Below are positions 51,303 through 64,000 of a stretch of 64,000 nt of DNA, in pieces. The first letter of the stretch is position 1. The number at the start of each line of letters is the position of its first letter. The DNA comes from Camelus dromedarius (Eukaryota): contig NC_087436.1 in assembly GCF_036321535.1 (NCBI RefSeq), forward strand, positions 96,722,001 through 96,786,000, written 5' to 3'. Position numbers and translations under genes: made by a program. The notes below the pieces were generated by a model. That model ran no database searches, had not been told where the DNA came from, and saw only the letters and a program-made list of their open reading frames with translations.

Positions 51303-53769
51303 ATTAACTTTTAAAAACTATTATATTTTTCAGATCAAATATTTCCTCTTACTTCTTTTATTTTCTCTTACATCTGTTTTTAAATATCATTAATGTTTCT
51401 CCTTATATTTTGTCTCTATTAATAGGGTTTATTCTACATTGTTGACTTGAGAATTCTGGTAGTTATGATTCATGTGGCTCATGTTGTCCCTGTTTTTTCT
51501 TTGTAGTAGTGGTACAGCTCAAGTAAATGGGTATTTGTGCTTGTAAGCTTGTGTTTTCTTAGGTGTTTCAGCTTCTCTGTCTGATAATGTGTGTTGGACA
51601 AAGGCCGAAAGCCAGGTAAATTACCCCCTGGTAATTCTAAGGACGAGGAAGGGGTGAGCCCTGGGTGAAAAGTGCCAGCCCCACAGAAACCCTGCTGACT
51701 ACCGCTGCCATTCAGCCAGATTAAATCTCTGGTCAGGATTTCATCATAAGATCCTTAGGCAGAATATTTGCAGGCTGCTTGTCTTTGGAGGTTTGGAGGG
51801 ACTACTCATCTGCCCACTCACACTTGCCCTCTCATCAAACCCTTGCCTCTGATACCTGTGCCCAGGCCATTACAAGTCACGGTGCTAGGGAGGCAGGAAA
51901 GGAACTTTAAAACTTTCTTCCAATATTTGCTCTCAGTTTCTGTCCATCCTTCTTCATCTTTGGCTGCAGGCAAGTAGCCCTAAGATTGTCTAGACACAGA
52001 TCTGTTCCCAGAAGAGGAGGGCGGATGGGAGAAATACTCTCAGTGCTCAGTAGTATTTTCTCTTACACTGGTGAATTTCATCCTATACCATACTGCACCG
52101 CTTAAGTCTCAGTCGATTTCCTGAATGTACTTTCAAAGATCTCAAAACCAATAACTGAATGATAGGTTGAGCCCACTTGGAGGTTTCTAATTATCTCTCT
52201 CTTCATAACCAAGAAGGGCTGTGGGTGGCTTAAGTTTACAAAGGAGAGTGACACAGCTGTGGAGACATCAAGCAGTATACTGCAACATGGTAGAAGGGCT
52301 CAGAAGATCTGTGGTGAGAGTGCCAACTGGTAAATGTGACACTGGAGGAGACATAGATAATTAGTGGAGTTTCTCCATCTGGTGAGTAACCACATGGGTT
52401 GGGATAGAAACAAATCATATACACAACTGCAGTCAAAATTCAAATTAGGCTTCTTAAACTAGAACCAAATATTCTAAATGTTAATAGTTTTCATCTCTAG
52501 GTGGTAGAACTATGTATATTTCTTTCCCTCACTTCCTTTTAACATTATGAGTTTTCAAAATGCCCACAACGAGCTTCTGTCAAAAGTATAATATAATAAA
52601 ACATATTTTAAGTTGAATACTTGTAACTTTCCTACAGTCCTCTTTATTAAGTGAACCAAGAAAAAAAAAATCTTCTCTTTCTGCCAAAACAATTACAGGA
52701 AATGTTTGACTATGTAAAGAAGAGGATAAAATTAGCCTTTAGGAAAGCATGAAAAAGTATGTGACTTTTTGCCAAAGAGGAATAATTGTGAGTTGAAGAG
52801 AATAAACTAGCCTTGAAGAAAGTGTACAAAAATGGTTTCAGTCCTCATCAGTTTGAAGTGGTATTGATGGTAATGATTTAACTGGCAGATTCACTGGATA
52901 AATTAACTCTGAGTACTTTTTAGATATATCTAGAGAGAAAAGAAAAAGCTTGTATAATCTTTATGTATAGAATACCAGCTATTTTTAGTGAATTTTCAAA
53001 TTATCTGGTGTTTGATAAGCTTAACTAAAAATATAAGCCCTTTTTTTGTATTTAAAATAAAAGACTTATTTCTAGTGTTGTTGAAGGACCTGACTATAAA
53101 AAGAATTTGTAAAATATAAATTGTTTTCATACAATTATAAAGGAATAAGAGAATGACTCACAATTTTAATGTAATAATAGCTCTTCTACTTTTTCTAAAT
53201 GGTAGAGATTGCTTAATTAAAAGAAAACATACTTAGAAATAACTATTTTAAAAAGTAATTAAATAATTAATCTTATGGCATTTTAATTGCTTTTATAAGT
53301 GTTAGTATTATTTCATTATCCTTTCTTGCATCTGCAGTTCTGAGTATGTTATTGTGTATGTGATAGAAACAGTGTGTATCAGCTATTTTAGTTGATGATT
53401 GTTAAGATTAGTCAAAAGAAAAGGAAATGTAAAATCTTATCCTTATCATTTTTCCATTTGGATGTTCCGTGCCGCTACCATTATCATTTTTAATCCTGGC
53501 ACTGCCAGAGTACTGCTAGGAAATTTTAACATCATATCCTTCCTTCGCTGGCCTTTTACATTTTCCATCCAACAAGCAGAAAATCAGGTAGCCCAGTTCT
53601 TCTACAGCACTTATAGTAGGAAAACTATTAATAGATCCAGTGTTAAAACAGTAATCATCATTTTCTCTGCTCCTGGGCTCCTGATCAATATAGCAATCCT
53701 TCATTCACTCATTCAAACAGTTCTTTGAATGTATGCTTTTAAAGTTGCATTAAATATATCAGTATACAA

Positions 53770-55138
53770 TGATATTCTACAGTCAAGGTGAAATAATAGG
53801 TACCAGGTGTATACTCCTGTCAGAATAACTAAAAAAATATATAAACTAGATGAGAGGAAAAGGCACTCTAGACTATAGGGATCAGAAAATAGAGAGTGAT
53901 CCCTAAGTGATGAGAAAAATGAAGTAAGCCCTACAATTGCCCTTGCTCACTGTATGGAGAATGTTTTCAGACTCTAGGACGAGTAGGAGGAACCCAAGTA
54001 TAGTCAGGCAATTTCCCTCAGTTGATGAAAAGACCCTGGGAGTCTTGAGAACCAAGGAAGCTAGATTAAGAAGAGCAAAATACTAGAGTAGTAATAGCTT
54101 CAGGGGAAGAGAATTCTGAAGACCTGGAGTGGATTCCTATTAAGTATTCTTGAGTACTGTTAGGTACATGTGTGTGAATAAACTACTGAAAGCCCAGGAA
54201 AGAGACAACTAAAAGGATTAGAGGAAATAGTTTCCAAAGTTCACATACAGTTAGGAATAATGTGTCTTCCCAACAGAAAGAGTTAAAAAAAAAAAAAAAC
54301 AACTCATTATTCAGGGGACATTAGTGTGAATAATAAAGATCTTGCCTCTGTAGTAGGGGGAAAGTCAACCCTTGACTAACAAAGCTGAAAAGCAAGATGC
54401 AAAAGGATCAAACTGTTTTCATGTAATAAGCCTGTCACAAATAAAGTTCAAGAATATTTTGAGGATATGAAAATATTTAGCACCACAAAAGATAAAATTA
54501 ATCATATCACTACCCAGTCAAAAATCAACAGACCTAGAAAGAGCAGGAAAATACAACTTATAATGAGGGGAAAAAAAAACATCATTCTAGTGTAACTGAA
54601 CCAGAAATTACATCAGTGATAGACTTAGTAGCCAAGAACATTAGAACAGTCATTTTGACTATATTACATATGTTCAAGAAGCTAGAGGAAAGCTGATTAT
54701 GTAAAATAGGGAAATAAAAAAATTAAAACACAAAATCAAACATCTAGAGATGCAAACTAAAATGTCTGAGGCGAAAAAAAAAAAACACTGTGTGGGGGAA
54801 AATTTTTTAAACTATCCAAAATGAAGTGAAATGATTAAAGGCACTGGAAAGGAAAATCCAGAGCATCAGTGAAATGTGAAAGAACTTCAAGCAGCCAAAT
54901 CTATGTATATGCAGAGCCCTAAAGAAAAAAAAAGGGTGAGAGACCAAAACAATATTTGAAGAGATAATGGACAAACTTTTTCCAAATTTGGTGAAAACTA
55001 TAAACTCACAGATCCAAGAAACACAATAAACTCCAAGCAAAAGAAACAAGGAAAAAAACTACACCAAGGCATATCATCATTAAATTATTTACAACTAGTG
55101 GGAAGCCAAAAATAAAATCTTTATAGAAGCCTGAGAGA
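53770..55138 (+). mobile_element. Ancient L1 5'UTR plus degenerate ORF1
   Basis: ORF1-type motifs 'aatatttgaagagataatgg', 'cacagatccaagaa', 'acaccaaggcatatcat'. Confidence 0.75.
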
Positions 55139-57432
55139 AACATATCTCAACATAATAAAAGCTATTTTAAACAAACCCACAGCCAGCATAATACTCAATG
55201 GTGAAGAGTTGAAAGCCTTCCCACTAAAATCTGGAATAAGAAAGGATGCCCACTTTCACCACTTCTATTCAACATAGTATTGGAAGTCCTAGCCACAGCA
55301 GTCAGGCAACAAAAAGAAATAAAAAAGATCCAAATTGGAAGAGAAGAGGTAAGATTGTCACTATATGCAGATGACATGCTACTGTATATAGAAAACCCTG
55401 AAGATGTCACACAAAAACTACTAGAGCCCATAAAAGAATTTGGCGAGGTAGAAGGATAAAAGATTAACATACAGAAATCAGTTGCATTTCTTTACACTAA
55501 CAATGAAATTTCAGAAAAAGTAAAGAAACAATCCCTTTTAAAATCACAACCAAAAAAATAAAATATTTAGGAATAAATCTGACCAAGGAGGTGAAAGACT
55601 CATACATGGAGAACTGTAAAACATTAATTAAGGAAATTAAATATGACTTAAAAAATGGAAAGATATCCCATGCTCTTGGGTTGGAAGAATTAATATTGTT
55701 AAAATGGCCATACTACCCAAAGCAATCTACAGATTTAATGAGATCTCTATCAAATTACCCAGGACATTTTTCACAAAACTAGAACAAAATCATTCTAAAA
55801 TTTATGTGGAATTCCAAAAGACCCAGAATTGTCAAAGCAATACTGAAAAAAAAAGAATGAAGCTAGAGGCATAACCCTCCCAGACTTCAGACAGTACTTC
55901 AGAGCTACAGTAATCAAACCAGCACATATGAATCAGTGGAACAGATTGGACAAACTTTTTCCAGTGAGTATTGGCACAAAAACAGACATATGGATCAATG
56001 GAACAGAATAGAGAGCTGAGAAATAAACCTACAGACTTATGGTCAATTAGTCTTCAACAAAGGAGGCAAGAATATACAATGGAGAAAGGACAGTCTCTTC
56101 AGCTAGTGGTGTTGGGAAAACTGGACAGCCTCATGTAAAGAAATGAAGTTAAAACACTCCCTCACACCATACACAAAAATAAACTCAAAATGGCTTATAG
56201 ACTTAAATGTAAGATACGACACTCCTAGAAGAAAACATAGGCAAAACATTTTCTGACACAAATCTTAGCAATGTTCTCCTTGGGAAGTCTATCCAGGCAA
56301 TAGAAATAAAAGCAAAATTAAACAAATGGGACCTAATTAAACTTACAAGCTTTTTAATAGCAAAGGAAACACAAGCAAAACAAAACAACCTACAGAATGG
56401 GAGAAAATATTTGCAAATTATGCAACTGACAAGGGCTTAATTTCCAGAATATATAAACATCTCATACAACTTAATAACAAAAAAACAAACAACCCAATCC
56501 AAAAATGGGCAGAAGACCTAAAAAAGCAATTCTCCAGTAAAGACATATGAATGATCAATAGGCACATGAAAAAATGATTATCACTAATTATCAGAGAAAT
56601 GCAAGTCAAACTACAATGAGATATTACCTAACACCAGTCAGAATGGCCATCATTAAAAAGTCCACAAACCATAAATGCTAGAGAGAATGTTGAGAAAAGG
56701 GAACCCTCCTACACTGCTGGTGGGAATGTAGTTTGGTGCAGCCATTATGGAAAACAGTATGGAGATTTCTCAAAAAACTAAAAATAGACTTACCATATGA
56801 TCCAGCAATCCTACTACTGGGCATATAACCAGAGGAAACTCTGATTTGAAAAGATACATGCACCCCAATGTTCATAGCAGCACTATGTACAATAACTAAG
56901 ACACAGAAACAACCTAAATGTCCATCGACTGATGACTGGATAATGAAGTTGTGATATGTTTATACAATGGAATACTACTCAGCAATGAAAAAGAATAAAA
57001 TAATGCCATTTGCAGCAACATGGATGGACCTGGAGATAGTCATTCTAAGTGAAGTAAGCCAGAAAGAGAAAGAAAAATACCATATGATATCACTCATTTG
57101 TGGAATCTAAAAAAAAAAAAGACACTAATGAACTTATCTACGAAACAGAAACAGACTCAGACACAGTAAACAAATCTATGGTTACCAGGGGGAAAGGGGG
57201 TGGGAAAGGATAAACTGGGAGTTTGAGATCTGAAAATACTAACTACTATATATAAAACAGATAAACAACAAGTTTCTTCTGTATAGCACAGGGAACTATA
57301 TTCAATATCTTATAATAACCTATGATGAAAAAGAATATGAAAATAAATATATGTATGTATATCTGAACTATTATTGCTATACACCAGAAGTTGACACAGC
57401 ATTGTAAACTGAATATACTTCAGTTGAAAAAT
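55139..57432 (+). mobile_element. Younger 5'-truncated L1 (about 2.3 kb), ORF2 RT to 3'UTR, frameshifted
   Basis: RT motifs 'ggatgcccactttcaccacttctattcaacatag' and 'tatgcagatgacatg' (YADDM); artiodactyl-type 3' end. Confidence 0.92.
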
Positions 57433-57439
57433 GAATTAG

Positions 57440-57620
57440 TGATATATGCCAGAACTCAGAAGAATCTCAAAATAATTGTGTCTGGTGAAACGAGCCAGAC
57501 AAAAAGTGTGCATACTGTATAATCACATTTTAGAAAACTGAAACTAATCCTGAGTGACAGAAATCAGATCAGTGGTTGCCTAGGGCTGATAGAGGCCAGG
57601 GAGGGTTGGGAGGGAGGATG
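57440..57620 (+). mobile_element. Ancient L1 ORF2-end/3'UTR fragment
   Basis: 'gaatctcaaaataatt...agccagac...gtgacagaaatcagatcagtggttgcc'. Confidence 0.7.
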
Positions 57621-57833
57621 GACTAGAGTTGGCTTTATCCAGTGCATCTTCTCTGTTTTTCTGGACTCATTCTTCCTCTGTGCCCACTTGCTACTTTGTT
57701 AATGCTGAGTAGATGTTGCAGGTTTACATCTGATATCCTCACAAGAAAATAACTGGGAGAAATGGCGTTATCTCTTCCTAAGTAACAGTCTTAAAAGAAA
57801 AGGAACTTATTCCCCAAAACCTAGCAAACTCCC

Positions 57834-58343
57834 TATGGTAGAATGTTTGGAAACATTGCCACAATTTCTCTACTCTCTGTATCCATGGCCCTTCCTTGCA
57901 GTGTGACTTTGAGCTGCTCCCATTAAGAGACATATTCGGCTTTCCCACCCATTAAATCTGGGCTTGCCTCGTGTTTTGCTTTGGTCAGCAGAATGCAGTG
58001 GAAGTAACAGTGTGCACCTCAGAGTTTAGGCATCAAGAGGCCTTTTATGCCTCTTCTTTCTCTCTTGAAAACCTATCCAGATTCAAGGTGAACAATCTGA
58101 GCTTGTCTGCTGGGTGATGAGAAACAGATGAAACAGAAATGAATCTTTGCAGCTGAAACTATTCAGTGCCCTGCAACCAGGTGGCACTTCCAAAACACAT
58201 AACTGAGCCCGGCTGAAAGCAGAAGAACCACCAAGCAAGACCAGCCCAAATCACCAGCTCACTGAATCATAAGCTAAATAAATGGTAGCTGAAGCTACTA
58301 AGCTTTGGAATGGTTTACAATATAACAAAAGCTAACTGATTCA
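57834..58343 (+). mobile_element. MaLR LTR (MLT1G/H-like), apparently nested in an older antisense MLT1 relic
   Basis: 'gcagtgtgactttg', 'tgctttggtcagcagaatgcagtggaagt', end 'aaaagctaactgattca'. Confidence 0.78.
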
Positions 58344-60464
58344 CATCCTTTCTCTCCTCATTGGCCTGAGTAGGAATGGCCATGAAAGCAGAATGGGCTA
58401 GATAAGGAAGTGGGGCAGAAATGGAAAAACAATGGTTCTTTTAGGGCAAAAATGGAAAAACAACGGTTCTGTTAGGAGAGAAAGGGGATATTGAGAGGCA
58501 AACAACTGTGTGCAGGATAGCAAGCCATGCCTTGGAAATTAAAATAGTACTTACTTCCAGGTCAAAGTAGCATTGCACATGGTGATGGATTTTAGCTATA
58601 GAGCAGTTGCTTACAGGTCTTTATGAAAGGAAAGAAAATTGAATTTTGGTGGTGGTATTTGTTCAATTTAATTCTGACTTACTTATTAGGGAAAAAAACT
58701 GCTTTGGGGTATTTTGCAAAACCTAATACTGAGGATTATAATTTTCTTTACTTTGTTTATGAAGATTTTACTTTACATAATTACATGAAAAAATTACCCG
58801 GCAGATGTGTATTTTCAATAGCATTCCATGGGGCTTCCTAATATAGGGCATTTTTTCAAATAGATTTGAAACTAAAGTCATTTAAAAGAGGGATGAAACT
58901 TGCATGCATATTCTTCCTGCCAGAATTACCAATAATTAGAGTGTGGGGGACATAAAGAATAAAAGGAAAGTAGAAGATTATACTTCAGTCTATATGAAAC
59001 CTGTAATTTAAGGTATCATGTTACTTATTTGCTTTCAGAATATGTGATTATGATGGATTGTGCTTCAAAGCAATTATAAAGCTTCCATTAGCAGCATTTG
59101 CATGTCTAATTATATGAATCTTGTCAACCTTCTGGCCTGGTACATTGTTGCTGAAAAAATCTGGTGAATGCTCATACACAGAGAATTTTTTTTAAATGAT
59201 TTTTACATGACTATGTAGCTAAAGAGTCTCATATTTTCAGCTTATGCCTGAAATGATGTTTCAACTTGACAGCAGTGTCTAAAGCAAGATTGATGCCTCT
59301 TTATAGCACAGAATAATGGAAAATTATAAGTCCATATACTTTGTTATAGTATAAATCCAGGCCACGGGTGAGGATTATACATTTTCTGTGACTGTTCTCT
59401 AACAGTCTTCTTCTCAAATAGGGGGAAAAATATCAGAGAAGTTTTTCCTTTAAATTCTTTGGGAAAAATATGTATTAAGAAATGGTTCAGGTATGATTTT
59501 CCGCTGATAATTATCTATGTTTCTTGAAAATCACACACAGCATTTATCACTTTAAAACCTCCAGGGATTACAATAAACTTCAATAACATAGTGGATAGGG
59601 TGATCTGTCTCTGTCCAAAGTCTAGGATGGAACATCATGGTGTTCCCGTCAGGATACAGGCATTCATGTCAGAAGACCAAGCAAGGAACTGGGGCCGCTC
59701 TACCAGTCTCTGGTGAAAGTCACACAATGATGTAGACAACAGTGACGTAGAAATAGATGGGATAAACTCAAAGGAACACACATGGGAGGAGCTAAGGTGT
59801 GGCATGGGCTTAATCCCAGGCAGGAAAGGAAGAGCCAGACATTACAAGTACCTTGCAAACAAACTGTTGATTGTTTTGTGTGTTTTGGAAAGTGGAGTTG
59901 GGGGAAGACCAAAGTTCAAAAAATCAGGGATTATTCCATCTTTAGAAGCTGACTGAGTATGTCTAGTCAGCTTGAAAAGAAACATGGGACATTACCAGCA
60001 AAAATGATCTCAGGAACAAGTTACTCCATTCTTCAGTTTAAAGGGGTTCATATTCCTGTGAGGACAAGAATCAGCACCAAAACAAAGAAGGATGGATACC
60101 TCTATATGAAAGTAAATGAAAATGTGAACAAAACAGAGTACTGAGTAAGTAAAGCTTAGGCAGTTTCCTGTTTTGGAAAAATTAAAAGCCACATTTGTTT
60201 CAAACATTTTCAACTTATCTCTCATTCCTCTTTCCTTTTTGAACCTTCCTGACCAGTCATGTCTTTGAACTTTACCTTTGTTGTGCCCAATTTAATGATG
60301 GACTTCCTGCGATTCCTATATCCTCAAAACCATAAGAAGGTGCTTTAGAGACTGAGGTGATAAATTCTACTGAAAAACGTATATTTGGTACTAGTAGTAG
60401 CATAGACTACTGCATTTGTCTAAAACCTCTGTGGTTTGTAATAGCATTTGCGTGTGTGTGATTT

Positions 60465-61050
60465 TTTTAATCTCTCTTTTTTAACTGAAGGATAGTCCAG
60501 TTTACAATGTTGTGTCAATTTCTGGTGTACAGGACAATGTTTCTGTCATATACAAACATACATATATTCATTTTCATATTCTTTTTCATTATAGGTAACT
60601 ACAAGATACTGAATATAGTTCCCTGTGCTATAAGAAGAACCTTGTTGTTTATCTATTTTATATATAGTAGTTAGTATATGCAAATTTCAGACTCCCAACT
60701 TATTCCTTCTCATCCCTTTCCCCACCAGCAACCACAAATTTGTTTTCTATGTCTGTGAGTCTATTTCTGTTTTGTAAATAAGCTCATTTGTGTCTCTTTT
60801 TTAGATTCTACATATAAGTGATATCATATGTTATTTTTCTTTCTCTTTCTGGCTTACTTTACTTAGAATGATGATCTCTACGTCCATTCATGTTGTTGCA
60901 AATGACCTTATTTTATTCTTTATTCTTTTTATGGCTGAGTAGTATTCCATTATATATACTAAAATTTCTTTATCTAGTCATCTGTCAATGGATATTTAGG
61001 TTGTTTCCATGTCTTGGCTATTATAAATAGTGCTGCTATGAACATTGGGG
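60465..61050 (-). mobile_element. Artiodactyl-type L1 3' end
   Basis: 'tttacaatgttgtgtcaatttctggtgtacag...ttccctgtgcta...gctgctatgaacattgggg'. Confidence 0.88.
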
Positions 61051-61393
61051 TTGTGATATCATTTTAATATTGCCATTTAGACACTGATGAATCAAAAGGA
61101 AAAGGAGGTATAGGATGTCTTCACATCACACTGTATATAGGCAAACACCTATTCACCTATGCATAATGTTTAATTGAATTAATTTAAATGAAATTCATTT
61201 AAGCAAATTGTCTTTCCATCATTTAGATCAGGGCTTATAAATAAACTTAAATGCCTTTGGGATTCAGGCAAATAACACAAATGTGTGAGATGACCAGGTG
61301 TGATAATACATTAACTTCTTAGAGGAACCTAATATAGGTATTATAGTTTGATGTTATATATCTATATAGTCTATCTATCTATTCACCTATATA

Positions 61394-61738
61394 CAGTTGG
61401 CCCTCCATTTCCGCAGGTTCCCTATCCATGGATTCAACCAACTACAGATCAAAAATATTTTTAAAAAATTTCCAGCAAGTTCCAAAAAATAAAACTTGAA
61501 TTTGCCACATGCCAGCAGCTATTTTTACAGCATTTGCATTGTTTTTACAACAATTTACATAGCATTTACATTGCATTAGGTGTTATATGTAATCTAGAGA
61601 TGATTTGAAGCATAAAGGAGGATTGCATAGGTTATGTACAAATACTTCACTATATTATGTAAAGCACTTGAGCATCTCATATTTTGGTGTCCAAGAGAGT
61701 TTCTGAAATCAATCCCCTTTCGATATCAAGGGACGCTT
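61394..61738. mobile_element. MER2-like Tigger MITE
   Basis: TA followed by 'cagttggccctcc...catggattcaaccaac...taatctagagatgattt...gatatcaagggac'. Confidence 0.8.
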
Positions 61739-61745
61739 ATATGTT

Positions 61746-61787
61746 CATGCGCGCGCGCGTGTGTGTGTGCACGTGTGCACACGCACA
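61746..61787. repeat. (GC)n(GT)n alternating purine-pyrimidine tract
   Basis: 42 bp of uninterrupted RY alternation, read directly. Confidence 0.9.
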
Positions 61788-62129
61788 GGTGATAGCTAGT
61801 CATGAGAGTGAACTAGAGAATGAAGAAGCTCCTCTAAAACGCACTCAGATTTAATTTTATTCAAACTCTGTGTTGGTCAGATTTAAACAATGAATCTCTA
61901 GTCTTGATAAATCAAATGTTCTGATGATTGCTGGAATTTCTAGCACATTTTAATGACACACAGATGTAGCTTGTTTCTCTTGTTTAATGGCAAAACCAGG
62001 AGAAAATGAAATATAAAAAAACGGATTAACTAAGCATTTGCCAAATTGTATCCCGTGGAATTCTGATCAACAGGATGTTTATGGGGATGACAAGTCAAAA
62101 GGAGCTTATATTTGAGAATGTCAGAGGCA

Positions 62130-62620
62130 TACAATACACAAGTACCAAAAAATATATGATACACTGTGGGGTAGTGCACTATTCTGAAGAAAAGCAAAGC
62201 ACAGAAGGGAAGTGCCATATGCAAAGGGTAATGTTGAGGTCATATTTCTGATAGGAAGGCCAGGGCTTTCATGAGGTGAGCTTCAAAGCGAAGACCTAAA
62301 TGAGCAAAGATTTAAAGAAAGAGTATTCCAGAAAAGTAGAAATGGCTAATGTGCTGGGACTGAAATGAGCTTGGTTTATCAGAGGAACAGCCAGAAAGCT
62401 AGTCTGTATAGGGCTGAGTGAGTGTGTAGACAAGCTGTAACACCAAATCAGAGCTTGGGCAGGGTCAGATTACACAGGGTCTTGAAGCTGGGGTAAAGGT
62501 TTAAGCTTTATTTTAAGACTGTGGAGCCATTTTTGATCAGGGGATGGTCCTGAACTGAGGTTATAGAAAGATCACCTGACTGCTTTATGTATTTGAGACT
62601 CAGAACAGGCAGATACTGAA
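62130..62620 (-). mobile_element. L2 fragment
   Basis: 'gaggaacagccagaaagctagtctg', 'gtcagattacacagggtcttg', 'gaaagatcacctgactgct'. Confidence 0.65.
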
Positions 62621-62900
62621 GCACTGTAACCAGTCACTCTGGATGGCTGGCCTTGAAACTGCCAGTCTCAGAGCCTATCGTGCTCATGTTACTTCACTGT
62701 TGTCTTGGCAAATATTAGGCAGATACAAGAAGCACATAGGTATATCAATAACAAGTGAGATGTTGTACGTTTCTTATCTAGGAAGGAGTTAAAAATAATC
62801 AAAGGAATAAATCTTTAACTGCTAGATAAATATAGAAAGCATGTTGGCATAGGAAATATCAATATTCTTGGGAATCATATGATTCAAGTTGCCAGTTTCT

Positions 62901-63636
62901 TTTTTTAACCAGTTTTATTGAAATATCATAAGCATACAGCACTGTATAAGTTTAAGGTGTACAACATAATGGTATGTCTTACATATATTGTGAAATGGTT
63001 ACCACAGTAAGTTTAGTTAACATTCATCATCTCACAGACATACAAAGAAAAGAAAAAAAAATTTTTTTTTCTTGTCATGAGAACTCAGGATTTACCTTTC
63101 ACAACTTTCAGGTATACCATATAGCAGTGTTGACCATACTCATCATGTTGTACATTGCATCCCTAGTATTTATTTATCTTGGTACTGGAAGTTTGTACCT
63201 TTTGACCACCTTCGTCCAATTCCCCTTCCCCAACCCCACTCCTCTGATAACCACAAATCTGATCTCTTTTTCTGTAAGTTTGCTTTCTTGTTTTTTAGAT
63301 TCCACATATACTTGATCATATAGTATTTGTCTTTCTCTGACTTATTTTATTTAGCATAATGCCCTCATGATTTATCCATATTATTGTAAGTGGCAGGGTT
63401 TCCTTCTTTGTTAAGGCTGAATAATATTCCATCATTTACATAGACACCGCATTTTATTTGTTTACTCAACCATCGATGGGCACTTGGACTATTTCCATGT
63501 GTTGGCTATTGTGAATAATATGACAATGAACACAAGGGTGCAGAAATCCCTTTGACACAGAGTTTTTGTTTCCTTTAGATGTATTTCCAGAAGTGGAATT
63601 GATGGATGACTTGGTAGTTCTATTTTATTTTTTGAG
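62901..63636 (-). mobile_element. L1MA9-like 5'-truncated LINE with TSD
   Basis: PolyT end; TSD GTTG(C/G)CAGTTTCT at 62888-62900 and 63637-63649. Confidence 0.85.
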
Positions 63637-63733
63637 GTTGGCAGTTTCTAAGACCAGTCTTGAAATTGTTTATCTACTTTAAGCTTCTCAGCTCAGTAAT
63701 GTCTAAAGAAGTGCAGAGATCAATGTATTGGAT

Positions 63734-63979
63734 CAAAGTTTCTTAACTTCATTACTATTGACATGTTGGCCAAAGTATTTGACATTCTTTGCTGTAGGGA
63801 GCTGTCCTATACATTTGTAGAATGTTTAAGAGCATTCCTGGCCTCTACCCACTAAATGCCAGTAGAATACTATCTTCTTGCCACCCCCACCCCTGCCACC
63901 CAGTCAAGTCAATAAAAAAATGTCTCTAGACATTGCCAATGTCTCCTGTGAGGAGGATTGCTTCTAGGAAGAACCACTG
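63734..63979. mobile_element. MER20 (hAT-Charlie)
   Basis: 'actattgacat...ctggcctctacccacta...aaatgtctctagacattgccaa...gaaccactg'. Confidence 0.85.
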
Positions 63980-64000
63980 TGTTAGATGATAGAAGTATTC

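Noticed and set aside
55139..57432. Functional reverse transcriptase gene
   Set aside because: 5'-truncated, with frameshifts and stops; a dead L1 copy.

Overview
AT-rich, CpG-depleted mammalian genomic DNA, most likely camelid (alpaca/llama/camel), inferred from two tRNA(Ala)-like Vic-1-type SINEs and artiodactyl-type L1 3' ends. I recognise no protein-coding gene, functional RNA gene or CRISPR array. The window looks intronic or intergenic and is packed with transposon relics: L1 of several ages, L2, MIR, CR1/L3, MaLR/ERVL LTRs, an ERV1-type solo LTR, and hAT and Tigger MITEs. Many of the listed ORFs are chance frames in these repeats. The most informative structures are retrotransposition and repair scars: (1) an L1 3' transduction with a 16-bp TSD (49468-49958); (2) a twin-primed, 5'-inverted L1 nested in an MLT1A LTR; (3) a two-part templated insertion inside a young L1; (4) ancient-type L1 3' ends inserted into younger elements; (5) a solo LTR with a 4-bp TSD; (6) a 7SL retrocopy. 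I found no evidence of a new multi-gene biological system. Repeat family names come from remembered consensus sequences, not a database search, and boundaries of old repeats are approximate.
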